The position numbers and the translations under genes were made by a program. Source: Tetramitus jugosus (taxonomy: Eukaryota; Protista; Heterolobosea). Taken from it: a stretch of 64,000 bases of DNA. The notes under the pieces were generated by a model, which did no database searches, was not told the DNA's origin, and saw nothing but the letters and a program-made list of their open reading frames with translations. Each line of letters begins with the position of its first letter. The first letter of the stretch is position 1. Where the stretch lies: NCBI GenBank assembly GCA_937625935.1, contig OW569346.1, positions 434,001 through 498,000 of the forward strand, given 5' to 3'. This document shows, one piece after another, positions 31,105 to 41,821 of the stretch.

Positions 31105-33366
31105 ATGGCAAAAGGAAAACCCCAAGTCGCAAAAAAGACACAGAACAACAAAAAAGCTGCTGTCGCCCCAGCAAAGCCATCTTCGATAGTCGCCAATAAG
31201 AGGAATGGTGTTCAAAAGAAGCCACAACAACAACAAAAGAATCAACAACCAAAGAAGCAACAAAAAATCTCTAAAAGAGTTGAAGAAGAAGAAGAAGATT
31301 TTGACATTAATGATGAGGATTTGATGGGTGAAGATGAACTGAACAGACAATTGATGGAAGCAAGCTCTGATGAAGAGATTGAAGGTTCTGATGATGACTC
31401 TGATGCTCTGCCCGATAGCTACGAAGGTGAAAAAGTGGTTGGAAACAAGAATGCATCAAAGAAGAGGTATGTTGATAACAACACTCGGTTTTTTCACACA
31501 GTTTTTGCGGCAAATTTTTTGGCGCCCATTTCATCGATCCAATATTATTTACACTTTTTTTCTTCAATGGAACGCAGAGTTTTGAACAAGAAACAAGTGA
31601 GTAGCGACTCTGACTCTGAGGAAGAAGAAGAACCACAACGCAAAAAACAAAAGAAGACGAATAATACCGCTCCATTATTTGCTGCGAATGATTCTGATAG
31701 TGAAGACGAAGAAGAAAATCCTTCTGACTTTTTCGGATTTGGTGACTCATCAGATGAGGATGAGGCACAAGATGACGAATACTTGAGCAAGGTGGAACAA
31801 GATGCAGATGCCATTGATCAAGAAAAGCAAAGAATCGAACAAGAAGCTGAGGAGGAATTGTTGGAGAATGCAAAGGAACAAGAAGAAGTCACACTGCTCC
31901 AACAGTATCATCAAGAAGAAGAAGATGCTGAGAATGAACAAGATGATGAGGCACTCAATGTTCACGGATTTGGTGAAGATGTCACCAAGGTCCACCAAAG
32001 AATTATGGAAAACATTAGAGTGTTGAGCAACTTTTCAGAGTTTAGAGAAGAAGGATTCACCCGTGCTGACTACTTGAAACTCTTGGGCAATGATTTGAGC
32101 TCCTACTATGGTTACTCTCCAGAAATTGTTGACATGTTTTTGAGCATGTTCTCCGTTCCTGAAGTGGTTCAATTGCTTGAGGCAAACGAAGCACCAAGAC
32201 CAATCACCATCCGTTCCAATCAACTCAAGACTAGAAGAAGAGAATTGGCTCAGAATCTGATCAACAGAGGAATCAATCTTGATCCTATTGACAAGTGGAC
32301 AAAGGTTGGTTTGAAGATTATTGATGCCAAGGTTCCACTTGGTGCCACACCAGAGTACCTCGCTGGTCACTATATGCTTCAAGGAGCTTCCTCCTTTTTG
32401 CCTGTTATGGCTCTGAATCCAAAGCAAGGTGAAAAGATTTTGGATATGGCTGCTGCACCTGGTGGTAAGACTACATACATTGGTGAGTGCATGAAGAACA
32501 CTGGCTGCCTGTTTGCCAACGATTTCTCAAAGGAACGTAGTGCTGCTCTTGTTGCCAACATTCATCGTATGGGAGTAAGAAATGCCATTGTTTTCAATTA
32601 TGATGGTAGAGATTTGCCACAGATTTTGCCATTGATGATGGACAGAGTCTTGTTGGATGCTCCTTGCACAGGTCTCGGTGTCGTTTCTCGTGATCCTAGC
32701 ATCAAGTTGAACAAGACAAAGGAGGACTTTGAGATGTGTTCCAAGCTTCAAAAGGAATTGATTCTTTCTGCAATTGACTGTGTTGATGCAGAGTCTGAAA
32801 CTGGTGGCATCATTGTCTATTCCACATGTAGTATCAGTGTTGAAGAGAATGAAGATGTTGTTGCCTATGCACTCAAGAAGAGACACGTTGAGATTGTTGA
32901 CTCTGGTCTTCCTTTTGGAAATGACGGTTTCACAAAGGTTCACGGAAAGACCTTCTGTCCACAAATGACCATGGCCAAGAGATTCTATCCTCATGCTCAC
33001 AACATGGACGGTTTCTTTGTTTGCAAGCTGAAGAAGCTCAAGAATGGACCAAAGGAAAATGGAAAGGTCTCTGCCTCAAAGTCATTATCCAATGTTCAGA
33101 AGCAAAAGGCAAAGGACGCAGCCAAGAAGAAGGAACAAAAATTAAAGAACATTGCTGAGCAGAAGGAAAAGGAAGACAAGAACAAGAAGTTGTTCCAAGA
33201 GGCATTGAAGCAAACTGGTGGTAATGTTGAAGCCGCCAAGCAAATTATGGAAGACAGAAAGAAGGAGATTCTGTCAGGCAGAAAGAAGTTCAGAACCACC
33301 AAACGGAAAGAAAAGTGGCGTCCAATTGGTCGCTTTGCTAAGCAATCAGGTCAAAATATGGTGTAA
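31105..33366 (+). CDS. NOP2: Large-subunit rRNA m5C methyltransferase Nop2; probable in-frame intron 31467-31577
   Basis: GATPEYLAGHYMLQ, LDMAAAPGGKT, DRVLLDAPCTG, YSTCS and RFYPHAHNMDGFFV. Confidence 0.96.
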   Translation: MAKGKPQVAKKTQNNKKAAVAPAKPSSIVANKRNGVQKKPQQQQKNQQPKKQQKISKRVEEEEEDFDINDEDLMGEDELNRQLMEASSDEEIEGSDDDSDALPDSYEGEKVVGNKNASKKRYVDNNTRFFHTVFAANFLAPISSIQYYLHFFSSMERRVLNKKQVSSDSDSEEEEEPQRKKQKKTNNTAPLFAANDSDSEDEEENPSDFFGFGDSSDEDEAQDDEYLSKVEQDADAIDQEKQRIEQEAEEELLENAKEQEEVTLLQQYHQEEEDAENEQDDEALNVHGFGEDVTKVHQRIMENIRVLSNFSEFREEGFTRADYLKLLGNDLSSYYGYSPEIVDMFLSMFSVPEVVQLLEANEAPRPITIRSNQLKTRRRELAQNLINRGINLDPIDKWTKVGLKIIDAKVPLGATPEYLAGHYMLQGASSFLPVMALNPKQGEKILDMAAAPGGKTTYIGECMKNTGCLFANDFSKERSAALVANIHRMGVRNAIVFNYDGRDLPQILPLMMDRVLLDAPCTGLGVVSRDPSIKLNKTKEDFEMCSKLQKELILSAIDCVDAESETGGIIVYSTCSISVEENEDVVAYALKKRHVEIVDSGLPFGNDGFTKVHGKTFCPQMTMAKRFYPHAHNMDGFFVCKLKKLKNGPKENGKVSASKSLSNVQKQKAKDAAKKKEQKLKNIAEQKEKEDKNKKLFQEALKQTGGNVEAAKQIMEDRKKEILSGRKKFRTTKRKEKWRPIGRFAKQSGQNMV

Positions 33367-33620
33367 AAGTTTTGTGTTCGGTAAACGCTTATCTACATTA
33401 TCTTTTGTTCATGGTTGTTCACGCACCTTATCGAATCTTTGAGTGAATCGAGTGACATCATATTTAGATCATCTTTGTTCTAATTTTTTATCTAAATACT
33501 AATCTGGACCTGGTTGACCACGATCTCACCTTGTTATTTAAGAGGTGCATATGTGATCCTCACTTGCTGGCAACAATAACAACAACAAACAGATACAATT
33601 GTTTATATACAACAGCAACA

Positions 33621-34157
33621 ATGGTAGACATTACAACCCTCAAGAGAAACATTACCGATTTCAAGCCCGTGGAAACGATACAAAAGGGCTTCCAGGAGAC
33701 TGTGACAATCATCAGGGAGACGGTTCAGGTGATTGTCCCACAAGTGAAATCCTTCTTTGGTGTCACTACTTACCCCACATGGAAGATGGAAGTCATGCAT
33801 CCAATGAGTCCCAAGAAGAGAGAAGAGATTTGGGGAGTTGCAAACTATGATCTTGACTTCTTCACCAGTTGTCTGTTCTTCAAGATGTTCGACAAGGATG
33901 AAGAGTTCTATGGTTTCGGATTCCCAACTCTTGACTTGAAGAAGGACTTGTTCACAAAGTTAAAGACCACCACACCAACTGAAACAAGAGAGTTTCCATC
34001 CTGGAAGATGAAGTTCATGCACCCAATGAGCGACAAGCACAGACTCGAACTGTATGGAAGAGCAAATTACGATCTCGACAAGTTGACTAGCTTCTTTTTC
34101 CAGAAGACATTTGGCTTGATCAAGTCTGATCTTCCATTCTCCTCCTTCACTCTCTGA
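33621..34157 (+). CDS. Small protein with a duplicated 40-aa motif; unknown function
   Basis: Two copies of PxWKMxxMHPMSxKxRxExxGxANYDLD, with biased codons. Confidence 0.8.
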   Translation: MVDITTLKRNITDFKPVETIQKGFQETVTIIRETVQVIVPQVKSFFGVTTYPTWKMEVMHPMSPKKREEIWGVANYDLDFFTSCLFFKMFDKDEEFYGFGFPTLDLKKDLFTKLKTTTPTETREFPSWKMKFMHPMSDKHRLELYGRANYDLDKLTSFFFQKTFGLIKSDLPFSSFTL

Positions 34158-34387
34158 ACTCTCGGAGAGGAAGAACCAGCTGGAAAATCCGATCTCATCA
34201 TCTTGTACAAAAACAAACAAAACTGTAAATAAATCATCATGAATACCCAATTATCTGATGCGGTCAGGAGAATTTTCAAAATTTTTTTTAGAATGATAAT
34301 TCCACTGGCGAGTCTTTTTGGTTTTGTGGTGTGACAACAAAACAACAACAAAAGCAAATCACAACAACATTAAGAACAATAAGAATC

Positions 34388-35083
34388 ATGAAGAGCACAA
34401 ATCAATTTATCGATGATGACACGTACAAGCAAATCCTGAGTCAAGTGTACCTGGAAGATGGCTGGAAACAAGATACTGCTCCCTCTGGCAAGCACCATCT
34501 GAGCATTCAGAAAAAACAAGTGTTCCCTGATCGTGTTCAAGCCGTCAAGGTAATTGCACGCGTTTCTCTCAAGGCAGACCACATTCTAAAAGTTGTTCTC
34601 AATGTTGAGAACCGATTGAAAATCTCCGATCACACCAAGGAGGCCAAATTCGTAGAAAAGACCGCTGCCGACAATTTTACCGATGTGTTTTACACTTGCT
34701 TGGGCGCGCCAAGTCGCCTCGTTTCTGCGAGAGACTTTGTAGTTGCGCGAAGATGGGACTCCATCAGTGATTGCTGCGCTTTGATTGGAGCTCAACCTCC
34801 ATCTCCACCCAAGGGATACATTGTAGCTCTAAAGTCAGTTGTGAGAGATGACTGTCCACCAACGAGTGGCAATGTGAGAGGTGAGTTTGTCATGCAAGCC
34901 ATCATGATTCACGAGCTTGAAGATGGAACATCTGAAATTCGTGTTCTCAATCAAGTAGAGCTCAATGGTTGGATACCTTCTGCCGTTCAAGGCTACTTCC
35001 AGACAAGTGTGCCATGTCAGATGCCAGATCTGTTGGAGAGAGGTGTTGAATATGAGAGAAGCATTGGTCATATCACAGATTAA
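34388..35083 (+). CDS. START lipid-binding domain protein
   Basis: LVSARDFVVARRW, PPTSGNVRG and QVELNGWIP. Confidence 0.9.
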   Translation: MKSTNQFIDDDTYKQILSQVYLEDGWKQDTAPSGKHHLSIQKKQVFPDRVQAVKVIARVSLKADHILKVVLNVENRLKISDHTKEAKFVEKTAADNFTDVFYTCLGAPSRLVSARDFVVARRWDSISDCCALIGAQPPSPPKGYIVALKSVVRDDCPPTSGNVRGEFVMQAIMIHELEDGTSEIRVLNQVELNGWIPSAVQGYFQTSVPCQMPDLLERGVEYERSIGHITD

Positions 35084-35232
35084 TCCATCATATTTGTTGT
35101 GTAAATAAAAAGTTCGCCGTAATTACGGTAAAACCTACCTTCGAAACGTCGTTGAGCTTGTCGTCTGCGTAATTCGGGAAATGAACAATTATTTCTCGTT
35201 CTTCCATCAAGCTACGGACCAATAGACAACAC

Positions 35233-35547
35233 ATGAACAACACCGCGATCATTATCGTATGTGTTGTCGTTCCATTGGGATCCGTTCTTGGTGTTTTCTT
35301 CTGTTCTCTGATGATTCTTTTGCTCTGGAAGGTCCACCAATGGACGAGAACATGTGAAGTTCACTCTGATTGTTGTGAATCGAGTTCTCAGATCGAAAAA
35401 TGTAGTTCTAAAAGCTCCACTCCATCGACCGTGGACATGTACATTGATGTAACAGAACAGCGTCACAGTCCGCTGTCTCTCTATCGATTGAACTCTTTTT
35501 CTAACAACAAGGTTCATGCACAGCCATTCACTAGTCATAATCTGTAA
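35233..35547 (+). CDS. Small single-pass membrane protein
   Basis: ATG-initiated 104-aa ORF with an N-terminal TM helix and polar tail; no family recognised. Confidence 0.5.
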   Translation: MNNTAIIIVCVVVPLGSVLGVFFCSLMILLLWKVHQWTRTCEVHSDCCESSSQIEKCSSKSSTPSTVDMYIDVTEQRHSPLSLYRLNSFSNNKVHAQPFTSHNL

Positions 35548-35705
35548 GTACTCAGTTCAAAAGTTCGAATTAGACTTCTTTCCTTAAACTAATTATCATA
35601 AACAATAACCGACCGATACCTCCAAACAGAGATGCCATTAATATTTACGAACCAGAAGATCAAACAAGTCTGTCCAAACTTGAACAAACAGAAGAATAAA
35701 AAATT

Positions 35706-36166
35706 ATGCGCATGCTCAATGCAAATGGCGACATCATCTATGACAGTGCCTTACAGCGATCATTCCTTGAATTGATTCAACACGTTCTGAAACTTCTCAA
35801 AGTTTTTGCCTGTGGTTCAATTGGATCACTATTGGTATGCACAATGACTTCTCTCCGCCATGCCGTTGGCCAATCTTCTCACACCACCAAAAACAATAGA
35901 TGTATCGGATCGGATTCAAGCTTCTTGTTGGGATCAGAACGTCATCAAATGATCCACCGAGTAACACTTTGACAATGCATGGACAAAGACCGGATGAAGA
36001 GGAAAAGAAGAAGACAAAATCGTTCAAACCGTTAACTACGATTCAGTGCATGCTTCACGGAGGTTGTTTTGCGATCGGCTTATGGATATTTACGCATCCG
36101 TGGTTGTCTTCCATGTACGAACTGAATCAATCCAGTGTCTTTTACATTCATCAAAAAAGCAAATGA
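35706..36166 (+). CDS. Probable two-exon small membrane protein (131 aa; intron 35835-35899)
   Basis: A phase-0 GTATGC..AATAG intron joins two ORFs in frame; two hydrophobic segments. Confidence 0.5.
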
Positions 36167-36227
36167 GCGAGACAAGTTAACAAGTGCGCTTAAGAGTTTC
36201 GTGGAAAAAAGACGACCAACATTTTGG

Positions 36228-38897
36228 TCATGTATTCTTTGTTGGGTTGTTCTGAAGACCAGCAGAGGGAGCAAATGAGCCATAGTAGGGTCCGATCTGT
36301 GGCGTGATCACCATTTGTTGCAAGTGCCGCACAAGGTTTTTCAATTGTTTCACTTCTTCTGCCTGTCGTGCATATTCCATCATGAGCACCTTGACCAGTT
36401 CGTCATTGTTGTTCTTTCCCATGGCTTCCACAATGTTGAACGGAAGTGGATGATTGGCAGTGGTACCACCACTCGAAGAAGGCAACAGTTGTTTCAATTG
36501 TTGCTCCACTAATGGTGCCAAGGTCTTTGATCCATCGACACTCTCACTTGTTTCACTCTCACTCTTGCTATTGTTGTTGCTGTCCAGTAAAAGAATGCCA
36601 TCGTCATTGTCATCGTTGACCATTGTAGACGAACCAATCACACTATCACTCAATACGGGTGTATCTCGACTTGGACCGTCGTTCGTCGGTTGTTGTTGCA
36701 CCACAGGTGATGAATCATGCATGGGAGAGGGTGACGATGGCTGAAGGAGACTGTAACTCGGTAGAGATGTAGTTTCCGAGGAATGATTGTGACGCTGATG
36801 GTGATCAATCGACAGACTGGAGAATGGATGTTGTTGCTGCTGCTGAGGCATTGGAGATATCATGGCAGATGCACTCAGTGGTGACAGAGGCAGAACCAAG
36901 AGCGAAGTAGGAGATATGGCATCAATATCAATATCATCGAGATCATTGTTATTGGATGATAAATGATTCGAATGATCGAGATTGTTGTTGCTATTCGTAG
37001 GATTGTCATGCATGCTTGATGCAGAGTGGTGATGATGATTGCTTGGTGTGTGCGGTGTATGCAGCAGTCCTTCATCATTGAAATCCAGTAGCATCTCTGT
37101 ATCAATCTTGAGCTTTTGCTGTTGTTGATTGGCTCTCTTTTTGCTTGCCTTTCTCTTGTGCAGTGTATTCTTTGCACCACCGTCACTGCCCTTGTCACTC
37201 TTCTTTTCATGATTATTATTCTTATCATCGACTTCTTCATCATCATCATCAATGACAATGACTGCTGAAGAGGAAGAGGCTCCTTCAGTCGCCTTGTTGT
37301 TCATGGATGTTGTTGTTGTTGTTGTTGTTGTTGTTGCCGACATCATATCACCACTGTTCATCAATGATCCCAACAGTGGAATGTACTCTGCCATGGACGG
37401 ATAAAACTTGTCTTGTTGTTCCATATCAGTCTCCTCCATTCCTCTCTTTCTTGTTCTCTTTCTCTCTGCATCGATGCACGTACTTGTCTTGCCTAATTGA
37501 ACACAACGCTTACAAGGTCTGCCAGAGTCACATGCCGCATGAGCAATTCTACAATTGATGCATGCACGTTTGGTGTATTGACCTCTCTTGCTCATTCTTC
37601 TTCTGCGTCGTCTTCTTCTTCGTCTAATGAGAGCTACTTGAGGATGCTGTTGTTGCTGTTGTTGTGATGATGGTGATGGTTGTGGTTGTCCATTCGCATC
37701 CACATAGTAGTAATAGTAGTCTTCATCATTTTCATCACCGTCTGCTGCCTCTTCATCCTCATATTCATCTTCATACTCTTCTTCACCGTCATCATCTATA
37801 TCACCGTCATCTCTATCATCTATATCATCATCGTCATCGTCATCATCATAGTAGTAGTAGTATTCACCATTGTCATAATGTTCTCTACCTTCATGCTTGA
37901 CTGTACTTTCACTCTTGATTCGATTCTTCATCTTGATTGATTTATGATTCATCGTTGATGTTGATATTGATGGTGGTGGAAGTGAAGTTGTTGTTGTTGT
38001 TGTATGATGATGCATAGGATTGTTATTGTTCATCCATGATTGATGATTCATTGCATGAGGATGATGAAATAGCATGGTGCCACTTGTTGGTGTTGTTGTT
38101 GTTGTTAGTGGTGCACCAGTTGTTGTTGTTGTTGTTGTTGACAGTGATGGTAGTGGTGGTGGTGCGAAAAAGAGTGATGTGTGGTTTGGTGATGCATGAG
38201 GTGGAGGTGGGTGCATGGGTATCATTGGTTGTTGTTGTTGTTGTTGTTTTGTGGAAAGTAGTGAATTTCTTGATCGATTAATCTTCTTTTTTTGATTCAT
38301 AGTATTCACATTGGTAGTAGCAGCAGTAGTATTGCTATTCGTGATCGTTGGGTGATTACTACCCGCAGCAACACCAATCGTAGTATTAGTATTATTATTA
38401 TTATTACTATTATTATTACTACTTGTTGTTGTTGCTGTTGTTGAATGATTCTTTTGTGAGTTCAAATTGGTTGAATTTGATTGAGGCAATTTCTTATTAT
38501 TGCTTACTGATTTTTGCGATGCTAGAGATGATGACGATGATGAAGAAGAAGAGGAAGATGATGACAATGGAGGAGGAGGTGGTATAGGAGTGCTCGTACT
38601 GAGCATTCTCATTAATTGTTCATGTTGTTTGTTTTGTTGTGCCAATATACTCTTGAGTGCTGTGACTGATGATGACGATGATGGTGTATTGCTGCTACTG
38701 CTACTGCTACTGCTCATGTTATTGCTATTGTTATTACTAATATTACTGCTACCATTGCTGGTCATATGACTGTTATTTGGCGACTTGTTTGTCTTCGGTT
38801 GTTGTTCCTTTTCTGATTTAATCGTTGATGTTGTATTCATATTGCTGGGTATTGAAGTTGAATTGCCCTTTTGTTGTTGTTCTTTTGTATCATCCAT
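36228..38897 (-). CDS. Zn(II)2Cys6 binuclear-cluster transcription factor
   Basis: CINCRIAHAACDSGRPCKRCVQLGKTSTC, preceded by a poly-Arg NLS; short C-terminal coiled coil. Confidence 0.92.
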   Translation of the reverse strand: MDDTKEQQQKGNSTSIPSNMNTTSTIKSEKEQQPKTNKSPNNSHMTSNGSSNISNNNSNNMSSSSSSSSNTPSSSSSVTALKSILAQQNKQHEQLMRMLSTSTPIPPPPPLSSSSSSSSSSSSSLASQKSVSNNKKLPQSNSTNLNSQKNHSTTATTTSSNNNSNNNNNTNTTIGVAAGSNHPTITNSNTTAATTNVNTMNQKKKINRSRNSLLSTKQQQQQQPMIPMHPPPPHASPNHTSLFFAPPPLPSLSTTTTTTTGAPLTTTTTPTSGTMLFHHPHAMNHQSWMNNNNPMHHHTTTTTTSLPPPSISTSTMNHKSIKMKNRIKSESTVKHEGREHYDNGEYYYYYDDDDDDDDIDDRDDGDIDDDGEEEYEDEYEDEEAADGDENDEDYYYYYVDANGQPQPSPSSQQQQQQHPQVALIRRRRRRRRRRMSKRGQYTKRACINCRIAHAACDSGRPCKRCVQLGKTSTCIDAERKRTRKRGMEETDMEQQDKFYPSMAEYIPLLGSLMNSGDMMSATTTTTTTTTSMNNKATEGASSSSAVIVIDDDDEEVDDKNNNHEKKSDKGSDGGAKNTLHKRKASKKRANQQQQKLKIDTEMLLDFNDEGLLHTPHTPSNHHHHSASSMHDNPTNSNNNLDHSNHLSSNNNDLDDIDIDAISPTSLLVLPLSPLSASAMISPMPQQQQQHPFSSLSIDHHQRHNHSSETTSLPSYSLLQPSSPSPMHDSSPVVQQQPTNDGPSRDTPVLSDSVIGSSTMVNDDNDDGILLLDSNNNSKSESETSESVDGSKTLAPLVEQQLKQLLPSSSGGTTANHPLPFNIVEAMGKNNNDELVKVLMMEYARQAEEVKQLKNLVRHLQQMVITPQIGPYYGSFAPSAGLQNNPTKNT

Positions 38898-39505
38898 TGT
38901 TCTTGTTGGTGGTTTTTTTTCTTCTGTGGTGGATCGGATTATTATTGTTGTTGTTGCTGTTGTTGTTGTTGTTCGAATAGAACGTTCGTGCGAGCAATGA
39001 GTGTTGTTCTTCTTTTGTTGGCAAGTGATGATGAACTCGATGTTTGTTCAAATACAAGAGTGAGGGGAAACTTCAACAGCGGGAAAATTGTAGGAGATTC
39101 GGAGGCGGGATTACGGAAAGAGCGCAAGATCTGACTAACTGCCTCTGAACAAGAGAGAATTGAAGGAGTGCCTTGGTGTAGTGTATCTACACCTGAATAT
39201 GAAGATATGGTGAAAGTATGTGAAATTCAGGAAAACTCCAGCTCAAACAGGTGAGAGTATTGGTTGTTGTTGTTTTTTGTGGGTGCTGGTTTTTTTTCGA
39301 GGCTTTTTTGGTTGTTTTTTTGGTCAACCAGGTACGAGGCGATCTGTGGTATCCGTGAAACTCGATTCCATCTGGATGCCCAACTTAGGACGTTGAATGA
39401 ACGATAATCTTATCATTGATATCCTTTGCAGTCATGCAGAGCGAATACAGGGAACCCCTTGTACTGTGACATGAAGATCGCTGTTCATCCATACAATACG
39501 AGGTT

Positions 39506-40429
39506 TCATTTCAACTTATCTTCATCACTATCTGAACCCTCATCATCTGTATAATCATCTGAAACTTCGTCTGAATACAATTCATACTGTTTTGCAGCTT
39601 CCTTCACCATTTCTATAAAGGTTTCGCTTCCAACCTGAATGGGCATCCCAAATGCAAAACGATCTGAGATTTGATCTTCCTCAATAGAAATTGGATACTG
39701 TACCACATTCTTTTCAACTAAGTTTCGATAGATGCTTGGGTCACTCAGTTGATATCTTTGGATAATCTTACTTGCACACATTGGGACATGAATCTGATCA
39801 TCCAATAACTGTATAGCCTTGTTTAATGCTAAAGACTCTGTTTCTTCATAGCCTCCGCGAATTGTAAAGGTGCCAGTTGTTGTATATCTACTTTCACTTA
39901 ACTGGATAGTATCTAATTGAATGGAAAGTGGAGAATTAGTCTCTAATGACATTCTTATGGTTGGAATAGTAGCAAAACATTCAAGATTCCGCTCAAATTC
40001 TTCCAAAGTGCGATAATCAGTTGAAAGGATATCATTCAACTTTCGTACAATTCTTTCTGTGTCGAACAAATCTTCAAAAATCAACATGCTAAATGTACCA
40101 ACACAAAATTGTGCTCCTACATATCTCAGTGTCCATCCATTAAGTCTCTTCTTCAACAACATATTCTTCTCAGCAAGTACTAAGTGGTCATCTTGTTTGA
40201 TGTCGTAGAATATATCTTGAAATTTGATGAATTGTCTGTTCATAGGGAAGAGTCTGATTAATGATTCAATAGTTTCCATGGATGCATAAAAGTGTACTCT
40301 TGTAATGGATACTTCATCTTTTGGTACGATTGCTCTAAACAACGTATCTATTGACACCTGCTTTTGAATTGATAGGATTGGTTCATAAGTCGTTTGGTGT
40401 TTATAATCGAGCGTTGAAACCTCAACCAT
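39506..40429 (-). CDS. Divergent CYTH / thiamine-triphosphatase-like protein
   Basis: FQDIFYD..LAEKNMLLKKR..GWTLRY, FATIPTIR and IQLD resemble THTPA segments. No ExExK motif is visible. Confidence 0.5.
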   Translation of the reverse strand: MVEVSTLDYKHQTTYEPILSIQKQVSIDTLFRAIVPKDEVSITRVHFYASMETIESLIRLFPMNRQFIKFQDIFYDIKQDDHLVLAEKNMLLKKRLNGWTLRYVGAQFCVGTFSMLIFEDLFDTERIVRKLNDILSTDYRTLEEFERNLECFATIPTIRMSLETNSPLSIQLDTIQLSESRYTTTGTFTIRGGYEETESLALNKAIQLLDDQIHVPMCASKIIQRYQLSDPSIYRNLVEKNVVQYPISIEEDQISDRFAFGMPIQVGSETFIEMVKEAAKQYELYSDEVSDDYTDDEGSDSDEDKLK

Positions 40430-41335
40430 CTTCTCTGTTTTCGTTTTTGTCTCGCGTGCATAATTTGGTTGAGGCAGTACATCAACATTACTAAGCCCCT
40501 CATTAAAACAATAGATAAGATACATGCTATTCCAGCAAACCAAGTTTCGATTCATACACCAGCACTCGAGATTACATCAAAACTTATCAACCATTATCAA
40601 CAAAACGCAATTGCATACACAGCAATCACTGATACAGACAAGAACAATTAGAAACTGCAATTAAAAATGGAGATATCAAGTTTTGTCACAAATATGAAGG
40701 TTTTTGGGCAACAGAAACTGTGTTCAACAATGATAGGTATATTCTCATCCAAGATGATGTTGCAAAGGATGCCTTCTTACTGATTGGTTTCTATGCAGAA
40801 TCCAGTAAGACAGCATATCATCAATTCATTACCTCATTAGAGTATCTGCATAGAGAGATGGTCCCTATGTTGATTTTGTAAAACAGCCTTGAATAATCAC
40901 TGAGAATGAAGTCACCAGTGTGTGAGTAAATGAATTAGAAACGATATCCTGTACACCCAATATCATATATCTGTTGTTGTGGTCCGCACAGAACAGAAAG
41001 ATGAATAAATCAATTGAATACAGTTTTGAATTGGCTTTACATACCAAGAATGTGCATTGGATACTGACACATGGTCTGTGGAACGCGGATGCCAAACAAG
41101 CCGGCAAAATGTTAAGGACAAAATCAAAACAAGAACATGATCGTGTACAAAATTGGTTTTTTTTTATTATTAAGAGTCAACAAGCTAACACGACAAAAAT
41201 GAAGTGTCAGTGAGTTGGGTAGTAGTGGTACAGCTCATGCATTTTCAAAAATGAAAAATGGCAGAGGCATCTTGTCAATGGAAGTTGTGAATAATCGCAA
41301 TGACTCATTTTCGGAAAAACATCAATCACAATCAT

Positions 41336-41569
41336 TTACTCGGATTGAGCATTCTCGCCAAACATGGATGCGACTCTAATGTTGTTAATGATTTGAATGA
41401 CTGCTGAACCCACGACAACAAACAACAAGATGGCCAAAATGATTCCTCCTACTTGTGGGTTCTTTCCAGTCTCAGTAGCAGCCTTCTTCTTCTCTTCCAA
41501 AATTTTCTTGGTCACGTCAGGTTGGCTGTATGTCTTGTTCTTTTGTCTGAGGGTGCTTTGTGCTGGCAT
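41336..41569 (-). CDS. SERP1: RAMP4/SERP1 ER translocon-associated protein
   Basis: 77 aa; VGGIILAILLFVVVGSAVIQII. Confidence 0.88.
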   Translation of the reverse strand: MPAQSTLRQKNKTYSQPDVTKKILEEKKKAATETGKNPQVGGIILAILLFVVVGSAVIQIINNIRVASMFGENAQSE

Positions 41570-41821
41570 TTTCTCGAGATGGTGTGTGAGTGGTGATTGA
41601 GTGTTGTTGTTGATTTGTAATGGTCTCTCTTTTTGGTGGTTTCGAAGTTGGGGGAAACAAGAAAAAACCATGCACTTTTTTCTCTGTTCGAATTTCCGCC
41701 GTCGGGATTCGGGAATATTCTTTGGCGTTTACAATGCCACGTAATCAGCCAGTTGCCAGTCTTGTTGTATTCCAAGGAGATTTCTAGGAGGTTTGTGTCT
41801 TGTCAATCCATCAGCATTGGA

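Noticed and set aside
22947-38897. Many hydrophobic antisense or alternative-frame ORFs (poly-L/V/C)
   Set aside because: They are shadows of CAA/AAC/GAT trinucleotide tracts in real genes.
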